Shown piece by piece: positions 8,796-17,873 of a stretch of 32,000 nucleotides of DNA. Under the pieces are notes generated by a model. That model was not told the origin of the DNA. It saw nothing but the letters and a program-made list of their open reading frames with translations, and did no database searches. The position numbers and the translations under genes are program-made. The DNA comes from Candidatus Iainarchaeum sp. (lineage in GTDB: Archaea; Iainarchaeota; Iainarchaeia; Iainarchaeales; GCA-2688035): positions 17,854-49,853 of the forward strand of contig JAQTNI010000002.1 of the NCBI GenBank assembly GCA_028713935.1, written 5' to 3'. Every line of letters begins with the position of its first letter. Position 1 is the stretch's first letter.

Positions 8796-9104
8796 ATGAT
8801 TTTTATGGCAAAAGAAAAAAAGAGCAAGGCTGAAAAAAAGCAGGAACTGCCTTCGGGGGCAGTTGTGCTTGAGCCTGGAAGCGCAAAAAAATACCATACA
8901 GGGGCATGGAGAACTTACAGGCCTGTTTTGCACAATGACAAGTGCATTAAATGCGGCAATTGCTGGAAAGTCTGCCCTGATGCTGCAATAAAAAAAAGCC
9001 CTGAAGGAATTTTTTACATTGATTACACTTACTGCAAGGGCTGCCTGATTTGCGTGAACGAATGCGCAGTAAAGGCAATTGTGAAAGAGGTCGAGGTAAA
9101 ATGA
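8796..9104 (+). CDS. porD: pyruvate:ferredoxin oxidoreductase delta subunit (2x[4Fe-4S] ferredoxin)
   Basis: Two Cys clusters, CIKCGNCWKVCP and CKGCLICVNEC. The start is either 8796 or 8805 (MAKEKK). Confidence 0.9.
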   Translation: MIFMAKEKKSKAEKKQELPSGAVVLEPGSAKKYHTGAWRTYRPVLHNDKCIKCGNCWKVCPDAAIKKSPEGIFYIDYTYCKGCLICVNECAVKAIVKEVEVK

Positions 9105-10240
9105 GAAAGGTTGAAGAATCTTCAATTGCAGTTGCAATTGGCGCAAAGCTTGCAAGAGTCCAGGTTTGCCCAATGTATCCGATTACTCCTTCAACCCATG
9201 TCCATGAGCATATTGCGGAGTTTGTCAATAATGGCGAGCTTGAAGCGGCTTTGATTAATGTTGAATCAGAGCATTCAGCTTTGAGCGCAGCAGTCGGGGC
9301 TTCAGCAACTGGTTCAAGGGCTTTTACTGCCACTTCTTCGCAGGGATTTGCATTGATGTTTGAAATTCTGCCGATTGCATCGGGAATGAGATTGCCGATT
9401 GTAATGGCTGTTGCAAACCGTTCTCTCAGCGCTCCAATTAATATCTGGAATGACCATTCAGATTCTGTTTCAGCAAGGGACCAGGGCTGGATACAGTTGT
9501 ATGTTGAATCAGGACAGGAAGCACTTGACACAACAATCCAGGCATTCAAAATTGCAGAAAACAAAAAAGTAATGCTCCCAGTAATGGTGAACCTTGACGG
9601 CTTTTCATTGACGCATGTTTTTGAGGAAATTGACCTGCCTGACCAAAAAGAAGTTGACTCTTTTTTGCCTGCTTACAAAGCAGAGCATTTTTTGGACCCA
9701 GCAAAACCAAAAACTTTTGGCCCGATTGCTTTTCCGGATTCTTTCATGGAATTCAAAAAAATGCAGCAGGAAGCAATGCTTGAAAGCCTTGAAATAATCA
9801 AAAAAACAAATTCGGATTTTGCAAAAAAATTTGGGAGAAGTTATGGAAACGGCTTAATTGAATTGTACAAAATGGCTGATGCAAAATTTGCGGTAATTGC
9901 AATGGGCACTGCCTGCGGAACAGCAAGGGTTGTTGTTGATGAACTCCGCGCAAAAGGAAAAAAAGTTGGCCTGATAAAATTGAAATGCTTAAGGCCCCTG
10001 CCTGTTGAGGATTTGCAGAAGGCAATGAAAAGCCTGAAAGCACTTGGCGTAATTGACAGGCATGTTTCCCTCGGCTTTGAAGGGCCTTTGTTTTCGGATT
10101 TGAAAAGCATTGCAAAAGAAAACCTAAAAATAATTGATTTTATTGCCGGCCTTGGAGGCAGGGATGTTTCAATGAGGCATATTCACAGTGTTTTTGAAGA
10201 AATCCAGAAAGCAAAGCCGAAAGGGAGCTGGCTATTATGA
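9101..10240 (+). CDS. porA: pyruvate:ferredoxin oxidoreductase alpha subunit
   Basis: ATG at 9101 overlaps the porD stop (ATGA). The sequence MRKVEESSIAVAIGAKLARVQVCPMYPITPST...ESEHSALSA is the typical alpha subunit. Confidence 0.9.
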   Translation: MRKVEESSIAVAIGAKLARVQVCPMYPITPSTHVHEHIAEFVNNGELEAALINVESEHSALSAAVGASATGSRAFTATSSQGFALMFEILPIASGMRLPIVMAVANRSLSAPINIWNDHSDSVSARDQGWIQLYVESGQEALDTTIQAFKIAENKKVMLPVMVNLDGFSLTHVFEEIDLPDQKEVDSFLPAYKAEHFLDPAKPKTFGPIAFPDSFMEFKKMQQEAMLESLEIIKKTNSDFAKKFGRSYGNGLIELYKMADAKFAVIAMGTACGTARVVVDELRAKGKKVGLIKLKCLRPLPVEDLQKAMKSLKALGVIDRHVSLGFEGPLFSDLKSIAKENLKIIDFIAGLGGRDVSMRHIHSVFEEIQKAKPKGSWLL

Positions 10241-12270
10241 CAGAAGAAAAAAAACAGGAAAAAATTGCAGGCTTAAGCACAGAAGAATTGTTTTCTTCGG
10301 GGCACAGGGCATGCGCAGGCTGCGGCGAAGCCCTTACATTAAGGCACATAATGAAGGCTGCAGGCAGGAACACTATTGTTGTTTCGGCAACTGGCTGCAT
10401 GGAAGTTGTTTCCACTCCTTTTCCCCAGACAGCATGGGAAGTCCCGTTTATTCATGTTGCATTTGAAAATGCGGCTGCGGTTGCATCAGGAATAGATGCG
10501 GCACTGAGAATGCAGAAAAAACGCGAAGGCATAAATCTCCTTGCAATTGGAGGAGACGGAGCTTCCTTTGACATTGGCTTCGGCGCTTTAAGCGGGGCTT
10601 TAGAAAGAGGCCAAAAATTCACTTATATTGCAACAGACAATGAAGCATACATGAATTGCTTATCTTTATCATCATTGATTCTAATGAAAGACGGGCTCAA
10701 GGGGATTGCTGAAATAAAAAAAGGAGATTTGGTTTATGCTTTTAACCAAAATTCCCATGAGTTGGTTTTGAAAAAATGTGTTGGTGTTTTTAACAATGGC
10801 AAAAAAGAAGTGTTTGAACTGGACACTTTGCACCACACAATAAAGGCAACTTCAAATCATCCTTTTTTGGTTGTTGAAAAAAAAGGCAGAGGCAAAGAAA
10901 ATACTCTTGTTTGGAAAACATTGGGGGGATTAAAAAAGGGAGAGCAAATAATTGTTTTGAAAAATTTACCTTCTGAAAAATCTTTTTCTTTCCAAAAAAT
11001 AAAACTTTCCAAAAAAGGCGATTTTAAGGTTAATAAAATTAATGAAATAAAATTGCCTTTAATTTCAAGCCCAGATCTGATGGAATTTTTTGGAATTTTT
11101 TTGGGAGATGGATGGGCTAGGTTGAATCATGGAGAAATTGGCTTTGCCTTGCCAGAGGGCAAACAAGCAAGAGACAGGCTTTTAATGCTTCAGGAAAGGC
11201 TTTTTGGCTTAAAGCCAAGGCTTGGCAAAAACTATGTCTATTTTAATTCAGTTAATCTTGCAAAGTTTATTGATTCTTTAGGCTTTAACAAGCCAGCCAA
11301 GCAAAAAACAGTTCCTGGCTGGGTTTTTACTTTGCCTGCCGATGAAAAAGAATCTTTTATAAGGGGGTTAATGCTTTCAGATGGCTACAAAACAGGCAAC
11401 AGTTCAAGGATTGTTTCAGCGAGCTTTGATTTGCTGCAAAGGACAAGGCTTTTACTGCAGACAATAGGCTACCGCGTGGGGAAAATTCACAAGCAGAAAA
11501 AAGTAAAAGGAACACATTGTGTTTACAGGCCGCTTTTGAAAGATTGCGAATATGGCTATATTTGTTTCAGCGAACGCGATGATTGGAACATGGAAAAATA
11601 CAAATCTCAATACAAATATCACAATTTTTTATTGGGAAACAAATTTTTTGAAACAGAAAAAATCCAAAGCATAAAATCAGTTGGAATTGAACCCACATTG
11701 GATTTGAGAGTCGAAGGAGAGCATAATTTTGTTGCCGATGGTATAGTTGTACATAACACGGGGGTCCAAAGAAGCGGCGCAACTCCCTTTTATGCAAACA
11801 CAACTACAAGCCCTGCCGGAAAAAAAATTCATGGAAAGCTTGAGCCAAAAAAGCCATTGCCTTTGATTGTGGCTGCCCATGGCATTAAGTATGTTGCAAC
11901 TGTTTCAATTGCAAATTTTTCTGATTTGCACGCAAAAATCCAGAAAGCGCTTTCAATTGACGGCCCGAGCTTTATTATTGCATATTGCCCCTGCCCAGTC
12001 GGATGGCAGCACGATTTTTCCCAGGCAATCAACCTGGCAAGGCTTGCAATCCAGACAAGGGTTTTCCCTTTATATGAAATTGAAAACGGAATCCTTTCCT
12101 TTAACCAGAAAATTGAGGAGCCAAAGCCATTGAAGGATTATTTCCAGCTGCAGGGCAGGTTCAAGCACCTTTCAGAAGAAGAAATTGCCCAGGCACAGGC
12201 ATATGTAAATGCCCGCTATGACTTCCTGCTTGGAATTGAAGGAAAAAAAAGTTTTGATGTGCTATACTGA
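10237..12270 (+). CDS. porB: pyruvate:ferredoxin oxidoreductase beta subunit (TPP-binding), interrupted in frame by an intein
   Basis: ATG overlaps the porA stop. It carries GHRACAGCG and GGDG...DNEAYMN//TGVQRSGATP. The ORF is 677 aa, of which 310 aa are extein, a normal PorB size. Confidence 0.9.
   Translation: MTEEKKQEKIAGLSTEELFSSGHRACAGCGEALTLRHIMKAAGRNTIVVSATGCMEVVSTPFPQTAWEVPFIHVAFENAAAVASGIDAALRMQKKREGINLLAIGGDGASFDIGFGALSGALERGQKFTYIATDNEAYMNCLSLSSLILMKDGLKGIAEIKKGDLVYAFNQNSHELVLKKCVGVFNNGKKEVFELDTLHHTIKATSNHPFLVVEKKGRGKENTLVWKTLGGLKKGEQIIVLKNLPSEKSFSFQKIKLSKKGDFKVNKINEIKLPLISSPDLMEFFGIFLGDGWARLNHGEIGFALPEGKQARDRLLMLQERLFGLKPRLGKNYVYFNSVNLAKFIDSLGFNKPAKQKTVPGWVFTLPADEKESFIRGLMLSDGYKTGNSSRIVSASFDLLQRTRLLLQTIGYRVGKIHKQKKVKGTHCVYRPLLKDCEYGYICFSERDDWNMEKYKSQYKYHNFLLGNKFFETEKIQSIKSVGIEPTLDLRVEGEHNFVADGIVVHNTGVQRSGATPFYANTTTSPAGKKIHGKLEPKKPLPLIVAAHGIKYVATVSIANFSDLHAKIQKALSIDGPSFIIAYCPCPVGWQHDFSQAINLARLAIQTRVFPLYEIENGILSFNQKIEEPKPLKDYFQLQGRFKHLSEEEIAQAQAYVNARYDFLLGIEGKKSFDVLY
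10657..11757 (+). mobile_element. intein (367 aa) with a double-motif LAGLIDADG homing-endonuclease domain, inside porB
   Basis: Cys1 (CLSLSSLILMKDG); block B T-x-x-H (KATSNHPFLV); LAGLIDADG motifs FFGIFLGDGWA and FIRGLMLSDGYK; C-terminal blocks LDLRVEGEHNFVADGIVVHN followed by a +1 Thr. Confidence 0.88.
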
Positions 12271-12275
12271 TTCTT

Positions 12276-12704
12276 ATGCCGGAACAAAAATTTCCAGAGC
12301 CTGGTGTTGGCGCATTGATTTTTAATCAAAAGGGCAAAATTTTTTTGATGAAATCCTACAAATGTAAAGGGCTTTGGATTTTGCCAAGCGGCCATATTGA
12401 ATTGGGAGAAACAATTGAACAAGCCGTAAAGAGAGAGGTAAAAGAGGAAACTACTTTGGAAGTTTTTGACATAAAATTTTTGTGCATGCACGAGACTATT
12501 TTTGACAAAGTATATTACAAAAAAAAACATTTTTTGATTTTTGAGTTTGCATGCAAAACAAATTCAGAAAAGGTAGAGCTTAATGAAGAAGCGGAGGAAT
12601 ACACTTGGGCAACAATTCCGGAAGCATTCAGGTTGCCCCTAACAGAGTATACAAAAAAAACAATTGAAGAATACAAAAAAAAGCTTGAGGAAAAAAAGGG
12701 TTAG
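12276..12704 (+). CDS. NUDIX hydrolase
   Basis: Nudix box GHIELGETIEQAVKREVKEETTL (G-x5-E-x7-R-E-x2-E-E-x-G/T). Confidence 0.9.
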   Translation: MPEQKFPEPGVGALIFNQKGKIFLMKSYKCKGLWILPSGHIELGETIEQAVKREVKEETTLEVFDIKFLCMHETIFDKVYYKKKHFLIFEFACKTNSEKVELNEEAEEYTWATIPEAFRLPLTEYTKKTIEEYKKKLEEKKG

Positions 12705-12729
12705 GCAATTTTTAAAGTTTTTTTTCTCC

Positions 12730-13278
12730 TTATCTTACCATTCCGAATTGTTTGTTTTTGCCTGTCATTTTGATGAAGTAACGCATTCTCTTCTTGAATT
12801 CCTCGGGGCGTTTTCTTGCGTCTTCAATAAATCCAATCCTGATCCGTTTGTATGCCAGCGAAAATTTCCCGAAGTTTTTCCAAACCAGTTTATCCTGTTT
12901 CAGTTCTTTAAGAATGTCATTTGGAATAACAAATTTGTCATTAAGGTTATCCTTGATTTTTGCCAGCCCGGCCCGCGTCATCTTCCCCTTTCTAATGAGC
13001 CGCCTTGCGCGCTCCTTGTTCATCTCTGATAGCGGGCTATTTTCTCTTCGCGGAGTGAAGCGCTGGGCAGTCCTTTCTTCATCAATTTTTTTTACTGTGC
13101 TGTCAATCCAGCCGTAACATAATGCTTCTTCAACAGCATAATTGTATGGAATCCTTGGTTTATTCGAATGTTTTTTGTAATACACCAGCCAAATTTCTTT
13201 TTCAGTGGCATGATGTTTTGCAAGCCATGAACGCCAGGCTTTTCTGCCAGTAACATAAAGCGTTTTTCCCAGTTTCAT
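12730..13278 (-). CDS. YdeI/OmpD-associated family protein (DUF1801-like)
   Basis: From Met 13278: MKLGKTLYVTGRKAWRSWLAKHH...EIWLVYYKK...EEALCYGWIDS...RFTPRR. The track's longer ORF, up to 13554, would overlap the proS 3' end. Confidence 0.6.
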   Translation of the reverse strand: MKLGKTLYVTGRKAWRSWLAKHHATEKEIWLVYYKKHSNKPRIPYNYAVEEALCYGWIDSTVKKIDEERTAQRFTPRRENSPLSEMNKERARRLIRKGKMTRAGLAKIKDNLNDKFVIPNDILKELKQDKLVWKNFGKFSLAYKRIRIGFIEDARKRPEEFKKRMRYFIKMTGKNKQFGMVR

Positions 13279-13351
13279 TCTAGAATATGCTGGTGAAACA
13301 ATTTTAAGAATTAGTTGCCGGCAGCCCGCATGCCAATTTTCTAAGCAATCC

Positions 13352-14854
13352 TTAATACTGCTTTGCAATGTAAACGACTTTTGTCGCGGGCTTTCCGCAG
13401 ATTGCGCATTTTTTGTTTCCAAAAGGGGGCTCTTTTTTGTCGACTCTTGTTCCGCGCACTGTTGCAGAAAAATCTTTTTCAATTGTTTCAGCGCATTTTG
13501 CGCCTTCAAGGCCTGTTGAGCAGAAATTTGCCCTTGCAATTCCCCTGTTTTCAAGAACCTTTGAAATTTCTTCGTGAGAAGAGGCGTCCCTTATAAGCCC
13601 TTCAAAAATCCTGTCCGCTTTTTTAATAAGGTTCTGCGAAATTTCTTTTCCGGTTTTTTTTATAAAGTCAGGCAGTTCTTTTTCTGCAATTGTTTTTTTC
13701 TCAGCCGTATCGCGCCTGAAAACAGTCAGTTTTTTTTGTTCCAGTTCTTTTGGGCCAAGCTCTATTCTCAGGGGAACACCTTTCATTTCCCAGAAATAAA
13801 ATTTTTCGCCAGGCATCCCTTCTTTTGAATCAATTCCAACCCTGTAGCCTTCATTGGCAAGCATTGCCTTCAGCTCAGCTGTCTTTTCAAGGACTTTTTT
13901 GTTTTTGTCAAAGGCAATTGGGACAATTACAATCTGCATTGGCGCAATTTCAAAGGGAAATTTTAATCCCTTGTTGTCGCCATGGGTAATTACAACGCTT
14001 GCAAAAATCCTGCTTATTGCAGGGCCATAACATGTCAGGTAACAGAATTTTTCCTCTCCCTTGCTGTCAGTGAATTTTACATCAAAGGGAGTGCTGAAAT
14101 TCTGGCCAAGCATGTGGGTTGACGGCTGCTGCACTATTCTTCCATCGGGGCTGATTGCATCCGCAGCATAAGTGTTTTCCGCGCCAGCAAACTTGTCCCA
14201 TTGCGGCCTTTCAAAGAAAATAAAAGGAATTCCAAAAACATCGTGCATTGTTTCCTTTGTTGTTTCCATGTCCTCAAGAACCTGTTTTTCAGCTTCTTCC
14301 CTTGTTGCAAAGGCACAGTGGGCTTCAATCCAGTAAAATTCCCGTCCCCTCAAAAAAGGCCTTGTGGCTTTTGTTTCATACCTGAAAACCTGTGCGCGCT
14401 GGTAAGTTTTGAATGGCAAATCCTTGTAAGAGCGGATCCATAAGGCAAACATCTGGTAAAAAGCAGTCTCTGATGTTGGCCTTAAAGCAAGCTTTTCTTC
14501 TAGCTTTTCCCCTGCACCGTGCTCTGTTGCCCAGAAAACGCTTGGTGAAAACCCTTCCACGTGCTCTTTTTCAATGAAAAAATTTTTTTCAGGAATCAAA
14601 ACAGGAAACCAGTATGGCGAATGGCCTTTTTTTTGCAGTGCCTTTTCAAGGCAATTATACATTGCTTCCATTGCCAATACTGCCCATGGCTGGAAAACAA
14701 TGAATCCCTTTATGTTATAGCGCAAATCCGCGAGCTCCGCAGTTTTTATTATTTCAGTGAACCATTCTGAAAAATTTTTTTCCCTGTCAATGTTAAAAGT
14801 GACTTTCTGCGATTGCTCTTTTGCAGCCTGCCCTGTTCCCTGGTTATTTTTCAA
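13352..14854 (-). CDS. proS: prolyl-tRNA synthetase, archaeal/eukaryotic type
   Basis: Class II motifs (FRYETKATRPFLRGREFYWIEAH), an anticodon-binding region, and a C-terminal Zn domain (CAICGKP) ending in the conserved terminal Tyr (...AKQY). Confidence 0.92.
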   Translation of the reverse strand: MKNNQGTGQAAKEQSQKVTFNIDREKNFSEWFTEIIKTAELADLRYNIKGFIVFQPWAVLAMEAMYNCLEKALQKKGHSPYWFPVLIPEKNFFIEKEHVEGFSPSVFWATEHGAGEKLEEKLALRPTSETAFYQMFALWIRSYKDLPFKTYQRAQVFRYETKATRPFLRGREFYWIEAHCAFATREEAEKQVLEDMETTKETMHDVFGIPFIFFERPQWDKFAGAENTYAADAISPDGRIVQQPSTHMLGQNFSTPFDVKFTDSKGEEKFCYLTCYGPAISRIFASVVITHGDNKGLKFPFEIAPMQIVIVPIAFDKNKKVLEKTAELKAMLANEGYRVGIDSKEGMPGEKFYFWEMKGVPLRIELGPKELEQKKLTVFRRDTAEKKTIAEKELPDFIKKTGKEISQNLIKKADRIFEGLIRDASSHEEISKVLENRGIARANFCSTGLEGAKCAETIEKDFSATVRGTRVDKKEPPFGNKKCAICGKPATKVVYIAKQY

Positions 14855-14860
14855 TTTTTT

Positions 14861-15208
14861 TCACCCTACATTAGTTAGCTGATGTTCTCCGTATTGCTGT
14901 GCTTCTCTTTCCCTTTTTTTTGCTGCATTAAACTCTTCATATTCTTTCCAGGCTTTTTTGCCTGTTTCCCCGCGCAGGATTTTTATTGCAATCTGCTTTG
15001 GCACAGGAATATTCGGGCTGGTTGGCGAATAATCAATCAGCACAATGTCCCCGTCCTTTATTTTTTCGCCAAGGCCTTCTTTTACTGAAACAGTCACAAG
15101 GTTTTCATCCCACATCAGTGTCAGTGCCTGGATGCTTGAATCAACCCCGATTACGTCCTTGTCTGCGCTTTTGAAGACCTTAACCACTTTTCCAATATGA
15201 AACATCAA
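14861..15208 (-). CDS. hypothetical protein, immediately upstream of proS
   Basis: 115-aa ORF lying 6 nt upstream of proS on the same strand. Beta-rich N-terminal part and a Lys/Glu-rich tail. No family recognised. Confidence 0.55.
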   Translation of the reverse strand: MMFHIGKVVKVFKSADKDVIGVDSSIQALTLMWDENLVTVSVKEGLGEKIKDGDIVLIDYSPTSPNIPVPKQIAIKILRGETGKKAWKEYEEFNAAKKREREAQQYGEHQLTNVG

Positions 15209-15285
15209 ACCACCAAATCCACGTTATAATCATATTATATCGTATTAACTATTTTTAATTACTAAACCCAGTGTCGGCAAATAGG

Positions 15286-15295
15286 TTTTTAAATA
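15286..15295 (+). promoter_or_regulatory. TATA box candidate for the acidic micro-ORF
   Basis: TTTTTAAATA lies 51 nt upstream of ATG 15346. This would give a ~25-nt leader carrying the GAGGTG SD at 15335..15340. Confidence 0.4.
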
Positions 15296-15345
15296 GTAGT
15301 GTAGAAGATTAAGAATACAATTATTTTTTACCGTGAGGTGAAAAC

Positions 15346-15468
15346 ATGGCTAAAAAGAAAGTTGAAGAAGACGAAGAAGAAAATTTTGACGACGACGAAA
15401 GCTACGATGAAGACGACGAAGACGAAGAAGATTCAGACGACGATTCTGACTTCGGCGACGACGAATAA
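15346..15468 (+). CDS. 40-aa hyper-acidic micro-protein
   Basis: ATG preceded by GTGAGGTGAAAAC (SD with a 5-nt spacer). Product: MAKKKVEEDEEENFDDDESYDEDDEDEEDSDDDSDFGDDE*, with 26 of 40 residues Asp or Glu. It is followed by oligo-T runs. It falls below the 60-aa cutoff of the ORF track. Confidence 0.6.
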   Translation: MAKKKVEEDEEENFDDDESYDEDDEDEEDSDDDSDFGDDE

Positions 15469-15535
15469 AACAAAATTTTTTAATCCTTTTTTTGGTTTTT
15501 TTTTACCTGCTTTTTTGATATTTTTTGAAAATGCA
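15469..15535 (+). terminator. cluster of oligo-T termination signals
   Basis: Five T runs of 6-9 nt (15476-81, 15487-93, 15496-504, 15511-16, 15521-26) lie directly after the micro-ORF stop. Confidence 0.45.
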
Positions 15536-15538
15536 GAT

Positions 15539-16108
15539 TCAGTATTTTTCCCTGTGCATTATGCTCTGCAGGCTTCTTTTTGGCACAACTAAATCGCCTT
15601 TTTCAGTCCAATACTGGGTTTTGCCATTCTCATCCGCAATGCGCGGCTTTTCTTTTGGATAACCAAGTGCAACAGCAAGAACTATTTCGCAGTTATCAGG
15701 CAATCCAAGCAGGGGGGCAAGCTTCTGCCTGTCAACGGAACCTATAATGCATGTTCCAAGGCCTTGTTCAAAAGCAGAAAGGCAGATGCTTTGCACTGCA
15801 ATTCCGGCATCATTAATGCTGTAATCATAAGCCTTTTGCCTGTTAAGCAATATTACAATAAACGCTTTTGGCTCTTCTCCCTTTTGGATTCCTTTTTCAG
15901 CAACAACTCCACCAAGCCTGATGCATCCAAGCGCGGCTTCCCTGTTTTTCTTTTCCTGCACAACAACAAATTCCAATGGCTGCAAATTTCTAGCAGTAGG
16001 GCTGAGCCTTGCAGCTTCAACGCATTTTTCAAGCGCCTTGAAAGGAATTTTTTTTTCCTTAAAGCGCCTTATTGAACGCCGTTTTTTAATCGCAGAAAAA
16101 ACATTCAT
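15539..16108 (-). CDS. nitroreductase family protein
   Basis: N-terminus AIKKRRSIRRFKEKKIP...AARLSPTARNLQPLEFVVV is the classic nitroreductase signature. Confidence 0.88.
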   Translation of the reverse strand: MNVFSAIKKRRSIRRFKEKKIPFKALEKCVEAARLSPTARNLQPLEFVVVQEKKNREAALGCIRLGGVVAEKGIQKGEEPKAFIVILLNRQKAYDYSINDAGIAVQSICLSAFEQGLGTCIIGSVDRQKLAPLLGLPDNCEIVLAVALGYPKEKPRIADENGKTQYWTEKGDLVVPKRSLQSIMHREKY

Positions 16109-16160
16109 TTTTCCAAACCTCTAATAATAAATATTTGCAAGGTTCTTTAATTTATTTATT

Positions 16161-17867
16161 ATGAAGAACAGGGAAATTGCAGGGGTATTTTTTGAAATAG
16201 CTGATTTGCTTGACCTGCAGGAAGTGCAGTGGAAGCCGCGCGTTTACAGGCAGGCAGCGATTGCAATAGAAGCGCTTCCGAATGGCATTGAAGAAATCTG
16301 GAAACAAGGCAGGCTGGAAGAAATTCCAGGTGTGGGAGAAAACATTGCAAAAAAAATAATTGAAATCCTTGAAACTGGAAAATTAAAATACCTTGAAGAA
16401 TTGAGAAAACAATTCCCGATTGATATTGAAGCATTAAACAAAATCCCGGGCCTTGGCCCTAAAAAGGCAATGGTTTTGTACAAAAAGCTCGGCATAAAAA
16501 ATATTGCAGGCCTGAAAAAGGCAGCGCTTTCTGGAAAAATTTCAAAGGTAAGGGGCTTTGGGGAAAAAACACAGCAAGAAATTTTAAAGGGAATTCAGCA
16601 GGCGCAGGGAGAAAAAAAAAGAATTTTGCTCTGGCTTGCATTGCAGGAAGCGCGGCAGGTGAAAGCTTTCCTTGAAAATTGCAGTGAAGCCTTGGAAGTG
16701 GAATTGGCAGGCAGCCTGCGCAGGCGCTGTGAAACAATTGGTGACATTGATATTCTTGTTTCTTCAAAAAAGCCTGAAAAAGTAATGGATTTTTTTGTTT
16801 CAATGCCGAATGTGAAAGGAGTTCTTGCAAAAGGCATTACAAAAACCAGTGTGCTTGTTGAAAATAATTTGCAGATAGACCTGAGAGTTGTTTCAGAAAG
16901 CCAATGGGGTTCTGCATTGCAATATTTCACTGGAAGCAAGCAGCACAGCATTGACCTGAGGAAAATTGCCCAGAAAAAAGGCTTAAAGCTCAGTGAATAC
17001 GGAGTTTTCAGGGCTGCAAAAGTAATTGCAAGCAAAACAGAAAAAGATGTTTACAATTCACTTGGCCTTGATTATATTGAGCCGGAAATGCGCGAGGCAG
17101 CAGGCGAAATTGAGGCAGCGCAGAAGCATTCCCTGCCTTGCCTTGTAAAATATTCAGAAATCAGGGGCGATTTTCATTTGCACACGAATTACAGCGACGG
17201 CAAAAATCCGGTTTCTGAAATTGTTGAGAACGCACAAAATCTTGGACAAAGCTTTTGTGCAATTACTGACCATTTTGGCGCCTTGAAAATTGCTGGCAGC
17301 ATGGATGACAGGGCAATGCTGAAGCAGATTTCTGAAATTGATGTTCTCCAAAAAAAATTTCCAAAACTCAGGATTTTCAAGGCTTGTGAAGCCGATATCC
17401 AACCTGATGGCTCAATAAAAAGAAATCCTGCTGTTTTGAAGAAGCTTGATTTTGTCTGCGCAAGCGTGCATTCTCATTTCAGGCTTGGAAAGATAGAACA
17501 GACAAGGCGCATTGTAAAGGCAATTGAGAACCCGCTTGTGAAAATAATCGGGCATCCCACTGCGAGAAAAATAGGTGAAAGAGAGCCGATTGAAATTGAT
17601 TTTGACGCGGTTTTTGATGCAGCTAAAAAAAATTCAGTTGCCCTTGAAATAAACGCAACACCTGAAAGGATGGATTTGAATGATGTCAATGCAAGGGCAG
17701 CAGTAAAGAGCGGAGTCGCCCTTTCAATTGGCACTGATTCGCATTTGAAAGAACAGATGAGTTTTCTTGAGCTCGGAACTGCAATTGCAAGGCGCGCATG
17801 GGCTGAAAAAAAAAGCATTCTGAATTCCTGGCCTCTCCCCAAGATAGAAAAATTTTTTGAAAAATAA
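16161..17867 (+). CDS. polX: family X DNA polymerase with a C-terminal PHP domain
   Basis: HhH motifs (IPGVGENIAKKI, IPGLGPKKA), a Pol-beta nucleotidyltransferase core (GSLRRRCETIGDIDILV, ALQYFTGSKQHSI, LSEYGVF), and PHP (GDFHLHTNYSDG...HFG...SVHS...IGHP). Confidence 0.9.
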   Translation: MKNREIAGVFFEIADLLDLQEVQWKPRVYRQAAIAIEALPNGIEEIWKQGRLEEIPGVGENIAKKIIEILETGKLKYLEELRKQFPIDIEALNKIPGLGPKKAMVLYKKLGIKNIAGLKKAALSGKISKVRGFGEKTQQEILKGIQQAQGEKKRILLWLALQEARQVKAFLENCSEALEVELAGSLRRRCETIGDIDILVSSKKPEKVMDFFVSMPNVKGVLAKGITKTSVLVENNLQIDLRVVSESQWGSALQYFTGSKQHSIDLRKIAQKKGLKLSEYGVFRAAKVIASKTEKDVYNSLGLDYIEPEMREAAGEIEAAQKHSLPCLVKYSEIRGDFHLHTNYSDGKNPVSEIVENAQNLGQSFCAITDHFGALKIAGSMDDRAMLKQISEIDVLQKKFPKLRIFKACEADIQPDGSIKRNPAVLKKLDFVCASVHSHFRLGKIEQTRRIVKAIENPLVKIIGHPTARKIGEREPIEIDFDAVFDAAKKNSVALEINATPERMDLNDVNARAAVKSGVALSIGTDSHLKEQMSFLELGTAIARRAWAEKKSILNSWPLPKIEKFFEK

Positions 17868-17873
17868 TTGAAT

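Noticed and set aside
8796-8807. ATGATTTTTATG at the porD start as a third copy of the 18310/18434 duplicated start sequence
   Set aside because: Only 12 AT-rich nucleotides are shared, and the similarity stops at the second ATG. This is plausibly chance in AT-rich DNA.
8947-9564. 205-aa minus-strand ORF antisense to porD/porA
   Set aside because: It lies entirely antisense to strongly supported por genes. It is Ser/Ala-rich with no motifs, a typical shadow ORF. The same reasoning applies to the antisense ORFs at 16595..17035, 17474..17842, 20669..21091, 22327..22740, 432..869 and 8793..9173.
13279-13554. 92-aa N-terminal extension of the YdeI-like ORF overlapping proS
   Set aside because: The extension overlaps the well-supported proS C-terminus in another frame. 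The family-like sequence starts at Met 13278.
15338-15592. 84-aa Lys/Thr-rich ORF from the track (GTG start)
   Set aside because: It is the +1-shifted shadow of the GA-rich acidic micro-ORF. It runs through five oligo-T terminator tracts and overlaps the nitroreductase 3' end. It has no SD at the proper spacing.
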